Assembly (NCBI GenBank): GCA_937864225.1
Contig: CALMJK010000004.1
Coordinates: 11,700 to 75,699, forward strand
Source: an uncultured bacterium
GTDB lineage: Bacteria; Krumholzibacteriota; Krumholzibacteriia; LZORAL124-64-63
Direction: 5' to 3'
Length of the DNA: 64,000 nt
Part shown: one piece after another, positions 35,066-45,920 of the stretch
Layout of the letters: each line of letters starts with the position of its first letter
Numbering within the stretch: position 1 is the first letter of the stretch
Made by a program: the position numbers and the translations under genes
The notes under the pieces: model-generated
Database searches by the model: none
Seen by the model: only the letters and a program-made list of their open reading frames with translations
Told to the model about the DNA's origin: nothing

Positions 35066-36562
35066 CTAAAACATCGCGGCCGGGCAGGGCAAGGGCTCGA
35101 TGCCGTAGACGTGGCGGTCGAGCCAGGCGTGGGCATCCGCGCCCTGCGCCCTGCGCAGGGCCCGCTCGAGCCGCTCGCGCGTGAGCGGCCCCTCGCCGCG
35201 GCGGGCGAAGAGGTCGCGCAGCACGGCGTCGAGAGGGTGCGTGCGGCCGGATCGCTCCGCCAGCCAGGCGTCCAGCCGCTCGGCCGCCAGGGTGCCGCCG
35301 GCATAGGCGAAACGGGTCGTCTCGCCGTCGCGCAGCATCCCGCGCGCCGCCTCGGCTATGCTCACACGCCCCCGCAGGGGACTATGCGCATAGTGCTGAG
35401 CGATGCGGCCCATGACGACTTCCTCGGCGCGGCGCGCCGTCCACACGCCGCTGTCCACGAGCAGGCGGGCGGTGTACCAGGATGTCGCGCCTTCGATGAA
35501 CCAGTTCAGGTCGCTGCTTTGCGGGCAGATCTCCTCGCCCAGCCAGCCGTGGAACATCTCGTGCGCCGCGACGCTGGCGACCTTGTCGGCGAGATCGTTC
35601 CAGCCCAGGGCGGGATCCAGCAGCAGCAGGACGGAGTGCCCGACGTGCAGGCCGTAGTACTCGAATCCAGTGCCGCCGCGCAAGGGGTTGCTGTCCACGA
35701 GAATCAGCATCGACCGGTGGGGTGGCGAGCCGAAGAAGGCGATCTCGGCCTCGCCCAGGCGCAGCAGCAGACGCGCCAGTTCCCGGTCGGCGAATGCCCA
35801 GGTGCCGCGCACGCCCAGGCGCACGGTGCACCCGCCGATGTCCTGTTCATGCAAGCGCAGGTCGTCCCAGGCCACGAGCGCGTCGGTCAAGTCGCGGACG
35901 TCTCGCGGCGCGTAGACGATGCCGTCGGGCGAGCCGGCTCCGGGCCACGGCACTGCCAGGCGCGCGGCGCCGCCGCCCGGCGCGCCGACAAAGCGGACCG
36001 AGATCGCGCCGACTGGCAGCGCCTCCGGCAGCAGGAACACATGAAAGCCCGCCACGCGCGCGCCGGTGCCGGAGCAGCGCGACAGGTGCGCGCGGATGTC
36101 AGCGTCCGCGGCGCCGCCGTGCGGCAGGGTGAGCCGATACTGCACGACGGCGCCGTGCGGTCCGGCGTCGATCAGCGTCCAGGCGCGGCCTTCGGGCCGC
36201 AGAACCAGCGGGGCGCCGCGGCGTCCGTCCCCGGAAAGGTTCCAGGCGGCCAGCGGCGTGACCGTCGCGCCCCCGCGCGGATCGTGGAACAGCCCGCCCG
36301 GTTGCTCGAGCCGCAGCCGGCGCGGAAGCGGTCCGCGAGCCTGCAGCGTGACGTCGACCTGCCCCCGGGCCGCCCCCTCCAGTTCCACTGCGTAGGCCAG
36401 TTCCGTAGGGGCGCGTACCCGCTGCCGGCCCCAGACCGCGGCCAGGGCGATCAAGCCGAGTGCGACAAGCGCCATGGCAAGGCGCGGCCGCACGCCGCCT
36501 TTCGGGCGGTGGCGGACGGTGGAGTCGCGTTTCCCCGCGTGGTGCATCGTGCCCAGTCGCAT
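35066..36562 (-). CDS. exported gluzincin metallopeptidase (M61/M1-like)
   Basis: AAHEMFHGW (HExxH) with downstream WFIEGATSWY and Y..G; hydrophobic N-terminal segment; start uncertain. Confidence 0.75.
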   Translation of the reverse strand: MRLGTMHHAGKRDSTVRHRPKGGVRPRLAMALVALGLIALAAVWGRQRVRAPTELAYAVELEGAARGQVDVTLQARGPLPRRLRLEQPGGLFHDPRGGATVTPLAAWNLSGDGRRGAPLVLRPEGRAWTLIDAGPHGAVVQYRLTLPHGGAADADIRAHLSRCSGTGARVAGFHVFLLPEALPVGAISVRFVGAPGGGAARLAVPWPGAGSPDGIVYAPRDVRDLTDALVAWDDLRLHEQDIGGCTVRLGVRGTWAFADRELARLLLRLGEAEIAFFGSPPHRSMLILVDSNPLRGGTGFEYYGLHVGHSVLLLLDPALGWNDLADKVASVAAHEMFHGWLGEEICPQSSDLNWFIEGATSWYTARLLVDSGVWTARRAEEVVMGRIAQHYAHSPLRGRVSIAEAARGMLRDGETTRFAYAGGTLAAERLDAWLAERSGRTHPLDAVLRDLFARRGEGPLTRERLERALRRAQGADAHAWLDRHVYGIEPLPCPAAMF

Positions 36563-36679
36563 CCATTCGTTCCTCGCCCCGGCGCCCGCTGCCCCGGGAC
36601 TGCGGGTTGGACTGCAACCGTCGTGCCGCGCTAGACTGGCGCTGGAACGCGGGCCTGGCGCTCGGGGAAGGACGGCGAA

Positions 36680-37504
36680 GTGGATCTAGGCCTGGCAGGC
36701 AGGACGGCCCTCATCACGGGAGCCTCGCGCGGCTTTGGGCGGGCGACCGCCTTGGCGCTGATTGCCGAGGGGGTCCATGTGGCGCTCGGGGCGCGCGGCG
36801 TGGATGGGCTCGCGCTCGTCCAGGCGGAGGCGATCGAGGCGGCCCGCGCCCGCGCCAAGCGCCTGGGAAGCCAGCCGACGCGGGTGTGGACGCAGCCGGT
36901 GGACGTGAGCGACGCATCGGCCGTAGCGAGTTTCGTGGCCGGCGCGCGCGACGCGCTCGGCCCGCTCGATTGCTGCCTCGTGAACGGCGGGGGACCGCCG
37001 GCGCTCGATTTCATGGCCGCGTCCGACGACGCCTGGGCGGACGCGACGCGGCTGCTGTTGGCCAGCAGCGTGCGCCTGTGCCGCCTCGTGCTGCCCGAAA
37101 TGATGGAGCGGGGATGGGGCAGGATCGTGCAAGTGACGTCGGTCGCCGTGCGGCAGCCGGTGCCGGACCTGGTCCTCTCGAACGTGGTACGCCCCGCGGT
37201 GCACGCGTTGACACGTAATCTCGCGGTCATGGCGGCCCGGCGCGGCGTGACGGTCAACACCGTGGCGCCGGGCTTTCATCTCACCAGCGCGGTCGAGCGC
37301 CTGATCCGGCGCAAGCTCGAACTCGGCGAGGCCGGGTCGCGCGAGGAGGCGCTGGCCCAGTGGGAGCGCGACATTCCGGCGGGGCGGTTGGGCCGGCCCG
37401 AGGAGCTGGCCGCGCTGATCGCTTTCCTCATGTCCGAGCCGGCGGGCTACCTGACCGGACAGCTGATCGTCTCGGACGGCGGGTGGGTAAGGGCTCAATT
37501 CTGA
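36680..37504 (+). CDS. SDR family oxidoreductase
   Basis: TGASRGFG, NGGGPP, SNVVR (atypical catalytic motif) and IPAGRLGRPEE. Confidence 0.9.
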   Translation: MDLGLAGRTALITGASRGFGRATALALIAEGVHVALGARGVDGLALVQAEAIEAARARAKRLGSQPTRVWTQPVDVSDASAVASFVAGARDALGPLDCCLVNGGGPPALDFMAASDDAWADATRLLLASSVRLCRLVLPEMMERGWGRIVQVTSVAVRQPVPDLVLSNVVRPAVHALTRNLAVMAARRGVTVNTVAPGFHLTSAVERLIRRKLELGEAGSREEALAQWERDIPAGRLGRPEELAALIAFLMSEPAGYLTGQLIVSDGGWVRAQF

Positions 37505-37570
37505 GCGATGCCGAGGGCATCGCGCCAAGCCGGAGGTCGCGCGATAGCCAATTGGCAAATGAATTCATAA

Positions 37571-37587
37571 TTGGCAGGTATTTTGCA
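37571..37587 (+). promoter_or_regulatory. sigma54 (-24/-12) promoter candidate
   Basis: TTGGCAGGTATTTTGCA is GG-N10-GC with TTGC, inside an AT-rich intergenic stretch. Confidence 0.6.
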
Positions 37588-37701
37588 CCAATATACGATT
37601 GTTGGGGTTGGCAGATGTTTGCCACCGCTTGCGCGCTCCAGCATTTCTGTTTATCTTAGCTGTCTCATAGTCGCGAAGATGTTCTGCTGACAGGTGGGGC
37701 C

Positions 37702-37884
37702 GTGAAAGAGATCTTGGAGATCGTTGCCGTCGTGGCGGCGTGGTACGCCCTCATGCGCTGGCTGTTGCCGCGCCTGGGCGTGCCGACCTGAATGTCCGCC
37801 TCGTGCTCGGTCGGAGACCGGGCAGAGCAAGGCAGAAAAGCCAAAGCGGATGGCGCGGCGGACACGTCGCCGGACCAGAGGTGA
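37702..37884 (+). CDS. small membrane-anchored protein, candidate selenoprotein (TGA at codon 30)
   Basis: MKEILEIVAVVAAWYALMRWLLPRLGVPT-[TGA 37789]-MSASCSVGDRAEQGRKAKADGAADTSPDQR*; hairpin just downstream of the TGA; read-through product ends 6 nt before the next gene. Confidence 0.55.
37798..37833 (+). other. SECIS-like stem-loop 1
   Basis: TGCTCGGTC-GGA-GACCGGGCA (9 bp with one G-U); G-starting loop 21 nt after the TGA. Confidence 0.5.
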
Positions 37885-37890
37885 CCGACC

Positions 37891-38091
37891 ATGCCGTTGT
37901 TCGAATTCCACTGCCGCGCGTGCGGCAGCGTCTTCGAGGAGATCCTGACCCTGGCCGAGTTGGATTCGGCCCGGCTGGCTTGCCCGCGCTGCGGCTCGAA
38001 GGCGACCGAGCGCGGACTGTCGACCTTCGCCACCGGCGGCGGCGGCGACGGAGGCTGTGGCGGGGGATCGAGCGGTTTCTCGTGAGGTTGA
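37891..38091 (+). CDS. FmdB-family zinc-ribbon protein, probable C-terminal Sec (…GFS-U-G-stop)
   Basis: MPLFEFHCRAC...CPRCGS; ends TCG TGA GGT TGA; ORF track stops at 38085. Confidence 0.8.
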
Positions 38092-38120
38092 GCGCAGCGC
38101 GACCGGGGGTCGCGCGGCGC
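38092..38120 (+). other. SECIS-like stem-loop 2
   Basis: GCGC-A-GCGCGACC-GGG-GGTCGCGC-G-GCGC; G loop 19 nt after the first TGA. Confidence 0.5.
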
Positions 38121-38161
38121 CTTCGCCCGCTTCGGCAGCGCGCACGGGCGGATCTCGGCCC

Positions 38162-39064
38162 TCAGATGGCGGCGGGGCCCGGCCCGGACCGCAGGGAGCC
38201 CTGCCTTTTTTCCCGCTCCCCGTACTTCTCGCCCAGCACCAGGATGATCCCTCCCAGCAGCAGTCCCCCGAGCACGTCCACGACGTAGTGGTAGCGGCAG
38301 TAGACCGTGGCCATCGCCACGAGCACGAGCTGGAGCGTCGCCCAGGCGCGCAGGCACGGGACGTTTTTCCAGGCGTGCCACCACGGCACGAGGGTGGCGG
38401 CGACGTGGCTCGAGGGGAACGCCGCGCCGAGGATCGCGCCGTGCTCGTGGATCTGTCTCATGAGGCGGGTGAAGATCCAGCCCTCGACCTCGACCGGGCC
38501 GGCGCGGAAGTACTTCGGCCCCCAAACCGGGAAGAACGTGTAGAGCGTGTAGCACACGAGCATCGTCGCGCTCAGGTCGCGCACGAAGGCCAGCATCGCG
38601 GGCCAGCGCCGCGGCGCCGGGACGGCGGGCGACGCGAGCAGCAGTGCCAGCACCACGAATCCCCAGACGTAGTAGGAAAAGTAGGCCAGCTGCAGCAGCT
38701 CGTGCAGCCACGGCCAGGGCCAGGTCGTCGACCAGCCCAGGCTGGGCTGGCCGCCGAGCAGGCTCTCCTCGAGCCGGATGAACGCCGGGTCCAGCGGCTG
38801 GTGGTAGAACACGAGCCCGAGATGGGCCATTTCCGAGTAGAAGAGCGGGAAGATGAACGGCAGGTAGGTCTCGCCCAGCAGGCGCAAGGCCGCGAAGGGG
38901 CTGCGCCGGGCGAGCGGGGGGAGGAACCAGATGGCCAACGCGAGGCCCGAATGCAGCAAGAAGCCGGGCCAGGGACCGGAGGGAGGACTGGCGCCCAGGA
39001 ACGGATACAGGCCGCTGGCCAGCAGGTAAACGACGGCCCAGCGGTCGATGTCGCGGCGCGACAA
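38162..39064 (-). CDS. PAP2-superfamily membrane phosphotransferase, AUR1/IPC-synthase-like
   Basis: Multi-TM protein; FFPVWGP, AAFPSSHVA and RYHYVVDVLGG motifs; start uncertain (about 39064-39100). Confidence 0.8.
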   Translation of the reverse strand: MSRRDIDRWAVVYLLASGLYPFLGASPPSGPWPGFLLHSGLALAIWFLPPLARRSPFAALRLLGETYLPFIFPLFYSEMAHLGLVFYHQPLDPAFIRLEESLLGGQPSLGWSTTWPWPWLHELLQLAYFSYYVWGFVVLALLLASPAVPAPRRWPAMLAFVRDLSATMLVCYTLYTFFPVWGPKYFRAGPVEVEGWIFTRLMRQIHEHGAILGAAFPSSHVAATLVPWWHAWKNVPCLRAWATLQLVLVAMATVYCRYHYVVDVLGGLLLGGIILVLGEKYGEREKRQGSLRSGPGPAAI

Positions 39065-39090
39065 GGCCAGCCGGGAGAGCCTGCGCCGGA

Positions 39091-40083
39091 TCAGATCCAG
39101 CCCGCGTCGAGGTAAAATGCCCACGTTTCGCGAAACCCCCGGGCCAGGTCGCGCTGCGGGCGCCAGGCCGTGTCCTGGCGCAAGCGCGCGCCGTCGCACG
39201 TCCAGGCGGCCGGCGCCAACCGCGCCACGACTTCGGGGTCGAGCAGACTCCAGCGCGCCGCCGCACGTCGGCCCGACTCGCCGCGTCCGGCCAGCAGCCG
39301 CAGCACGCCCACCGGCGCCACGAGCGCGCGCACGGGCCGCTGCGTCGCTTGGCGCAGGGCCTCCGCCAGGTCGTGCCAGTTCAGGCGGCGCTCGTCCGCG
39401 GCGAAATAGACGCCGTGCGCCGTCGGCGTCTTCACCAGCGCGACGGCCGCCGCGGCGCAATCCCGTCCGTCGAGCAGGGACATCTCGCGCAAGCCCCCGA
39501 CCGCCCGCACGGTCCAGCCGCGCCGTGCCCAGGCGAAGAGCCGCACGAAAGCCCGATCGCGCGGGCCGTACAAGGCTGGTGGTCGCAGGATCGCCCAGCG
39601 GAACGGCAATTGCGTGCCGAACAGGGTCTCGGCCTCCAGCTTGGATCGTCCGTAGGCGCTGATGGGCGCCGGCGGATCCGTCTCCGCGCGCGGCCGGCCC
39701 GGAACGGCCGGGCCGGCCGCGGCCAGGCTCGAGACGTAGACGAAGGCGCGCAATTCGGACGCCCGGCAGGCCGCCGCGATCAGCCGGCGCGTGGGCTCCA
39801 CGTTGCCGGCGCGATAACCCGCGGCGTCCGGCGCGTTGATCGCCCCCGCGCAGTGCACGACCGCCGCGGCCTCGGCGAGCAAGCGGTCCAGACCGTCGTC
39901 GGTCTCGCCCGGCACGACCGTGCGGACCGGCTTGCCCTGCAGCCAGCGCAGGTCGCTGGTCGGCCGCACGGCGGCCCGCACGCGCCAACCGCCCTCCAAC
40001 AGCGCGTCCACGACATGGCTGCCAAGGAAGCCCGTCGCCCCGGTGACCACGGCCAAAGGCGCGTTGGCGGCGGGAGACGTCAT
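39091..40083 (-). CDS. NAD-dependent epimerase/dehydratase, putative ceramide reductase (CerR-like)
   Basis: TGATGFLG, VSSLAAAGP, YGRSK and RPPALYGPRD motifs; overlaps the upstream GNAT gene by 4 nt. Confidence 0.8.
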   Translation of the reverse strand: MTSPAANAPLAVVTGATGFLGSHVVDALLEGGWRVRAAVRPTSDLRWLQGKPVRTVVPGETDDGLDRLLAEAAAVVHCAGAINAPDAAGYRAGNVEPTRRLIAAACRASELRAFVYVSSLAAAGPAVPGRPRAETDPPAPISAYGRSKLEAETLFGTQLPFRWAILRPPALYGPRDRAFVRLFAWARRGWTVRAVGGLREMSLLDGRDCAAAAVALVKTPTAHGVYFAADERRLNWHDLAEALRQATQRPVRALVAPVGVLRLLAGRGESGRRAAARWSLLDPEVVARLAPAAWTCDGARLRQDTAWRPQRDLARGFRETWAFYLDAGWI

Positions 40084-41207
40084 GTCAAAGGCTTGTCGAA
40101 GATGCGATATCTTCGGTACATCTGCGCGCCAATGCCCTCGAGGATCCGGTTCATCGGCGCATTGTCCTCGAGCACCCAGGAGCACTCGCCGCCCGTGAAG
40201 CCCAACCGGAACCCGGCCTCGAAGGTGCGCATGATCATGACGGCGTCGACGCCGCGTCCGCGATATTCGGGCAGGACCCCGAGCAACAGGCAGCGCCCGT
40301 AGTCTATCCGGCGCTTGCGCAGGATGAACGTGAGCCATCCCAGCGGCAGCAGGCGTCCGCGCAACGGCTGGAGCGCCTGATTGAAATCGGGCACCGTGAG
40401 ACAGAACCCGATGGCCTCCCCTTTCGCCTCCGCGACCAGCAGCAGATCGGGCGAGACCATCTTGCGCATGTCCTTGGCCGCGTAAGCGAACTCTTCGTCG
40501 TCCATCGGGATGAAGCCCCAATTCCGCGACCAGGCGGCATTGTAGATGCCGCGGCACAGTGCAGCCTCCTTGGCGAAGCGGCGCATATTCATGGGGCGCA
40601 CCGTGAAGGTGGCGGAGGCCAGCAGGGGTTCCATGGCCAGCCGCACGCGTTCGGGGATCCTGCGGTCGGGCGCGCTGATCCGCCAGGCGAAGAGATCGCG
40701 CGATTTGACGAGCCCGGCCGTCGCGAACTGGGCCGCGTACCAGGCCGGATTGTGGGGCATGCCGACCACCGGTCGGCCGGCCTCTCCCTCGACGAACAGG
40801 CCCAGGTAGTCGTGGTTGGTGGTGAAGTTGCAAGGGCCTCGCATCGTGCGTATGCCCCGCTCGCGCAGCCAGCCGGCGGCGGCGGCGAGCAGGTCGGCGG
40901 CGAGGTCCGGCTGATCGGGGCACTCGTAGAAGCCGAAGAAGCCGGTAGATTCGCCGGCATGGCGCAGATGGTAGCTGTCGACGCAGGCCCCCACGCGCGC
41001 GATGGGGCGGCCGGCGCCGTCGCGCGCGACCCACAATTCGGTCTCGGCGTGCTTGTGGAAGGGATTGTGCTCTCGGTCGAAGAACTTGCGCTGTTCGGTC
41101 AGGAGCGGGAAGACGACGCGCGGGTCATCGGCGTAGACATGGTAAGGAACCCTGAGAAACGCCTCGAGGTCGCGCTTCCCCTTCACGAGCCTGATCTCGA
41201 ACTTCAT
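40080..41207 (-). CDS. GNAT-fold protein, putative bacterial ceramide synthase (bCerS-like)
   Basis: HNPF, GFFGFYEC, MPHNP.WY, AWSRNWGF.P, LGVLPEYRGRG and SWVLEDN..M motifs. Confidence 0.78.
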   Translation of the reverse strand: MKFEIRLVKGKRDLEAFLRVPYHVYADDPRVVFPLLTEQRKFFDREHNPFHKHAETELWVARDGAGRPIARVGACVDSYHLRHAGESTGFFGFYECPDQPDLAADLLAAAAGWLRERGIRTMRGPCNFTTNHDYLGLFVEGEAGRPVVGMPHNPAWYAAQFATAGLVKSRDLFAWRISAPDRRIPERVRLAMEPLLASATFTVRPMNMRRFAKEAALCRGIYNAAWSRNWGFIPMDDEEFAYAAKDMRKMVSPDLLLVAEAKGEAIGFCLTVPDFNQALQPLRGRLLPLGWLTFILRKRRIDYGRCLLLGVLPEYRGRGVDAVMIMRTFEAGFRLGFTGGECSWVLEDNAPMNRILEGIGAQMYRRYRIFDKPLT

Positions 41208-41285
41208 GGGCCAACTCCTCGACGGTCGTCGACCCCGGGACCGGGTGCCGTCGGGGACGCGATCCGGGACGGCGCTGCGATCGGG

Positions 41286-42470
41286 TCAGGGGACGACGCC
41301 CAATTCGCGCCCCACCTCGACCATCTTGTCCATCGCCAGGTGGACCTGGTCCTCCGTGTGCGTGGCCATCAGGCTGAGGCGGATGAGCGCGTTTCCCTTC
41401 TCCACGGCGGGAGAGATGATGGGGTTGACGAAGACCCCCTCCTCGAACAGCCGCCGACACATGACGAAGGCCACCTCGTCCGCGCCCACGACCGCGGGGA
41501 TGATCGGCGTCTGGGAGGGGCCGGTGTCGAAACCGGCGTTCTGCAGCCGTTCCATCATGATGCGGGTGTTGCGCCAGAGAGCCTCGCGGCGCCAATCCTC
41601 CTCGAGCATCACGTCGACGGCCGCGGAGACCGAAGCGACGGATCCGGGCGGCATGCTGGCGGAGAAGATCAGAGACCGGGCGATGTGGCGGATGTAGTGG
41701 ATCGTGTCGGCGTCGGAGGCGATGAAGCCTCCCACCGAGGCGAGCGACTTGCTGAAGGTGCCCATGATCAGGTGCACCCGGTCGGCGATGCCGAAGTGAT
41801 CGCAGGTGCCGCGGCCCTGCTTGCCCAGCACGCCGATGCCGTGAGCGTCGTCGCACATGACCATCGCGCCGTGCCTCGCGGCCACTTCGCAGATCTCGGG
41901 CAGCCGCGCGATGTCGCCGTGCATGGAGAAAATGCCGTCCACGACGATCAGCTTGCCGTTGTCCTCGCACGCGGCCAGGGTTTTGTCGAGCGCGACCATG
42001 TCGTTGTGCAGGTACTTGCGCGTGGTGCCGAAGCTGAGCCGGCAACCGTCGAGAATGGAGGCGTGGTCGACGCGGTCGATGATGACGCTGTCGTTGCGGC
42101 CCACGAGGGCGAAGATCACGCCCAGGTTCACCATCATGCCGGTCGAGAAGACGAGGGCGTCTTCCTTGCCGACCAGATCGGCCAGCTTGCGTTCCAACTC
42201 GACGTGGATGTCGAGCGTGCCATTCAGGAAGCGGGAACCGGCGCAGCCGGAGCCGTACTTGTCGATGGCCAGCTTGGCGGCTTCCTTGACCTTGGGGTGG
42301 TTGGTCAGGCCGAGGTAGTTGTTGCTGCCGAGCATGATGACGTCGCGGCCGTCGATGCGGACGAGGTTGGTCTGGGCCGATTCGATCACGCGGAAATAGG
42401 AGTACAACCCCGCTTTTTGCAATTCCTTGGCGGTATTGAAATTACGAACCTTTTCGAGGAGGGCCATCAT
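41286..42470 (-). CDS. spt: alpha-oxoamine synthase, putative serine palmitoyltransferase
   Basis: GSNNYLGL, GSRFLNGTLDIH, DHASILDG, DDAHG and GTFSKSLAS (PLP Lys) motifs; gene context. Confidence 0.78.
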   Translation of the reverse strand: MMALLEKVRNFNTAKELQKAGLYSYFRVIESAQTNLVRIDGRDVIMLGSNNYLGLTNHPKVKEAAKLAIDKYGSGCAGSRFLNGTLDIHVELERKLADLVGKEDALVFSTGMMVNLGVIFALVGRNDSVIIDRVDHASILDGCRLSFGTTRKYLHNDMVALDKTLAACEDNGKLIVVDGIFSMHGDIARLPEICEVAARHGAMVMCDDAHGIGVLGKQGRGTCDHFGIADRVHLIMGTFSKSLASVGGFIASDADTIHYIRHIARSLIFSASMPPGSVASVSAAVDVMLEEDWRREALWRNTRIMMERLQNAGFDTGPSQTPIIPAVVGADEVAFVMCRRLFEEGVFVNPIISPAVEKGNALIRLSLMATHTEDQVHLAMDKMVEVGRELGVVP

Positions 42471-42563
42471 GCACCGCGCCTGTTGAGGTTGGACGGCCAA
42501 CGCGCGGGAGCCGTTTCCCGGCCCGGGCGAGGCGGCCTCCGAACATAGACTCCGGGCGCGACC

Positions 42564-44254
<1,691 letters not shown>

Positions 44255-44258
<4 letters not shown>

Positions 44259-45694
44259 TCGCCAAACACCTCTGCCTCGAACACCTCGAACCGCGCGCCC
44301 GCTCGCCAGGCTTCGGGTTCGAGGCCGGCCTTGAGACTCAAGTGGTGCAGGGTGGTCGGCAGGTCCCATCCCTGCTCGGGGGCGACCTGGGGCAGGAAAA
44401 CTGCGCGCGCCCTCCCCCGCGCGAGCACGATGCCGTGCCGGCCGATTTCAATCTCCTCCGGCCCGGACACGGGTCGCAGGGGGGACAGTACCGAGATCTC
44501 CACGCGCAAGGCGGCCGTCTCCTCGGCAGAGACCGGACGGAAGCGGGGATCGCGGCTGGCGGCTGCGACGGCGTTCTCGACGACCGAGTCGGCCAGCGGC
44601 GCGACCGGTTCGATGTGCCCGATGCAGCCGCGCAGCATGCCGTTGACGGTCAGCGTCACGAAGGCCCCGCGCGGCTCGCGCAGAGACGGCCCTGGCTCCA
44701 GCCCGCGCGAGGCCGCGAAGTCCGCCGCGCGCGGCGCGCGGCGGCCCGTCGCGGTCGCCTCGACCGTCGCCCGGGCGAGCGCGAGCAGGAACGATCGCTG
44801 CGCGTCGTTCAGTTGGTCCGAGGCCTCGTCCCTCCTGGCGTGCAGGAGGATGCCCGCGTAGCTGACCGACAGCGAGAAGTCGCCGCTGCGCTCGGCGCTG
44901 CGCTCGTAGGCCACCAGTTCGCCTTCGCCCGCCGGCAGGGGCGTGCTGAGCGCCAGGGCCGCGGCGTGGATGCCGCACATCGTGATGCCGGTTTGCTGGC
45001 CATACTCGATCAGCCCGTCGGCGTCGCGCGCCAGGATGAGGTCGATCGCGCCCCGATCCAGGTCCCTCAAGCGCTCGGGCACGCGGTCGCGAAACGGCAC
45101 GTAGCCGTAATCCACCCCGTAGTGCGTGAAATCCGAGGAGACGAGGAACAGGCTGCGCCCGTCGCACCAAGGCGCGAGCGCCGCGGCGGCGCGCCGTCTT
45201 TGCGGGGGGGAGAGGGGCGGCACGAGCAGCGTCACGATCCGCAACCGGTCCCCGAAAATGGTCTGCAGGAACGGCAGCTGGATCTCTTCAGCGTGCTCCG
45301 CCGCGTGGGCGGCCTCCGCGCTGGTGAAGCCGGGCTCGCCGGCCAGGCGGTCGGCGACCTGCCGATCGACCGCGGCCTCGCCCAGGGGTGTGGCCCAGGC
45401 GTCCCAGCGCGACACCGAGACCTCCCGCAGGTTCGCGCGGTGGCTGGGGGCGAGGATGAAGACCCGGTCGTAGGCGTGCTCCTGGAGCCGGCGATAGACT
45501 CTTCCCGCCGCCGGGCCGCTGTGGGCGTAGCCGGCGTGCGGCGCGACGGCCAACAGAGGCCGTCCCGCCGGCGCGGGGGCGGAGGCGGCGCCGGGGAGCG
45601 GGCCGGCGAGGAATCCGGCGACCGTCGCGGCCAGTTCGTCCGGGCGACCCGGATACCAGGTCCCGCTCAGGATAGGGGGGCGGACCCGCGCCAA
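44255..45694 (-). CDS. AmmeMemoRadiSam protein B (MEMO1-like) fused to protein A (AMMECR1-like)
   Basis: PHAGY.HSG, EHAEEIQLPFLQ, SSDFTHYG and TMCG, then GAFVTL, LRGCIG, DPRF and FLPQV; TTG 45694 after GGAGG. Confidence 0.9.
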
Positions 45695-45920
45695 GGCGGC
45701 ACCTCCGGAGAGACGGGGGAGATCGGCCCGAGACCGCTGGGAATCTAGCAGGTCGCTTACGGTCCGGTCCAGATCGGGGCCGGCGCGTCGCGCGGCCCAC
45801 GCGGCAGACCGACGCGGCAGACCGGCGCTTGCCTCGGCGCCGTTTTCCGTGCATCCTGAGGGTCCCTGGGCGCCCGGGCGCGCCCCACCCGCGGCCGGGG
45901 CCGCGACGAGGAGGACCGCG

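Noticed and set aside
36680..37504. SDR as the 3-ketosphinganine reductase of the neighbouring ceramide cluster
   Set aside because: It is on the opposite strand, separated by another transcription unit, and belongs to a widespread atypical SDR type; there is no positive evidence.
37608..37624. Second sigma54-like box TTGGCAGATGTTTGCCA
   Set aside because: The GG-GC spacing is 9 rather than 10. Kept only as a palindromic operator candidate.
37724..38288. ORF-track ORFs 37724-37948 and 37740-38288
   Set aside because: Arg/Ala-rich low-information frames that overlap the better supported 37702 and FmdB frames.
38162..41034. Apparent long overlapping ORFs (608 aa and 647 aa) suggesting fusions or frameshifting in the ceramide cluster
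   Set aside because: The N-terminal extensions are off-frame read-through of the upstream genes. Each real gene is complete with its own stop.
41286..42470. BioF or Kbl assignment for the alpha-oxoamine synthase
   Set aside because: No biotin or tdh genes are nearby, and the neighbours match the ceramide pathway. Not excluded without a phylogeny.
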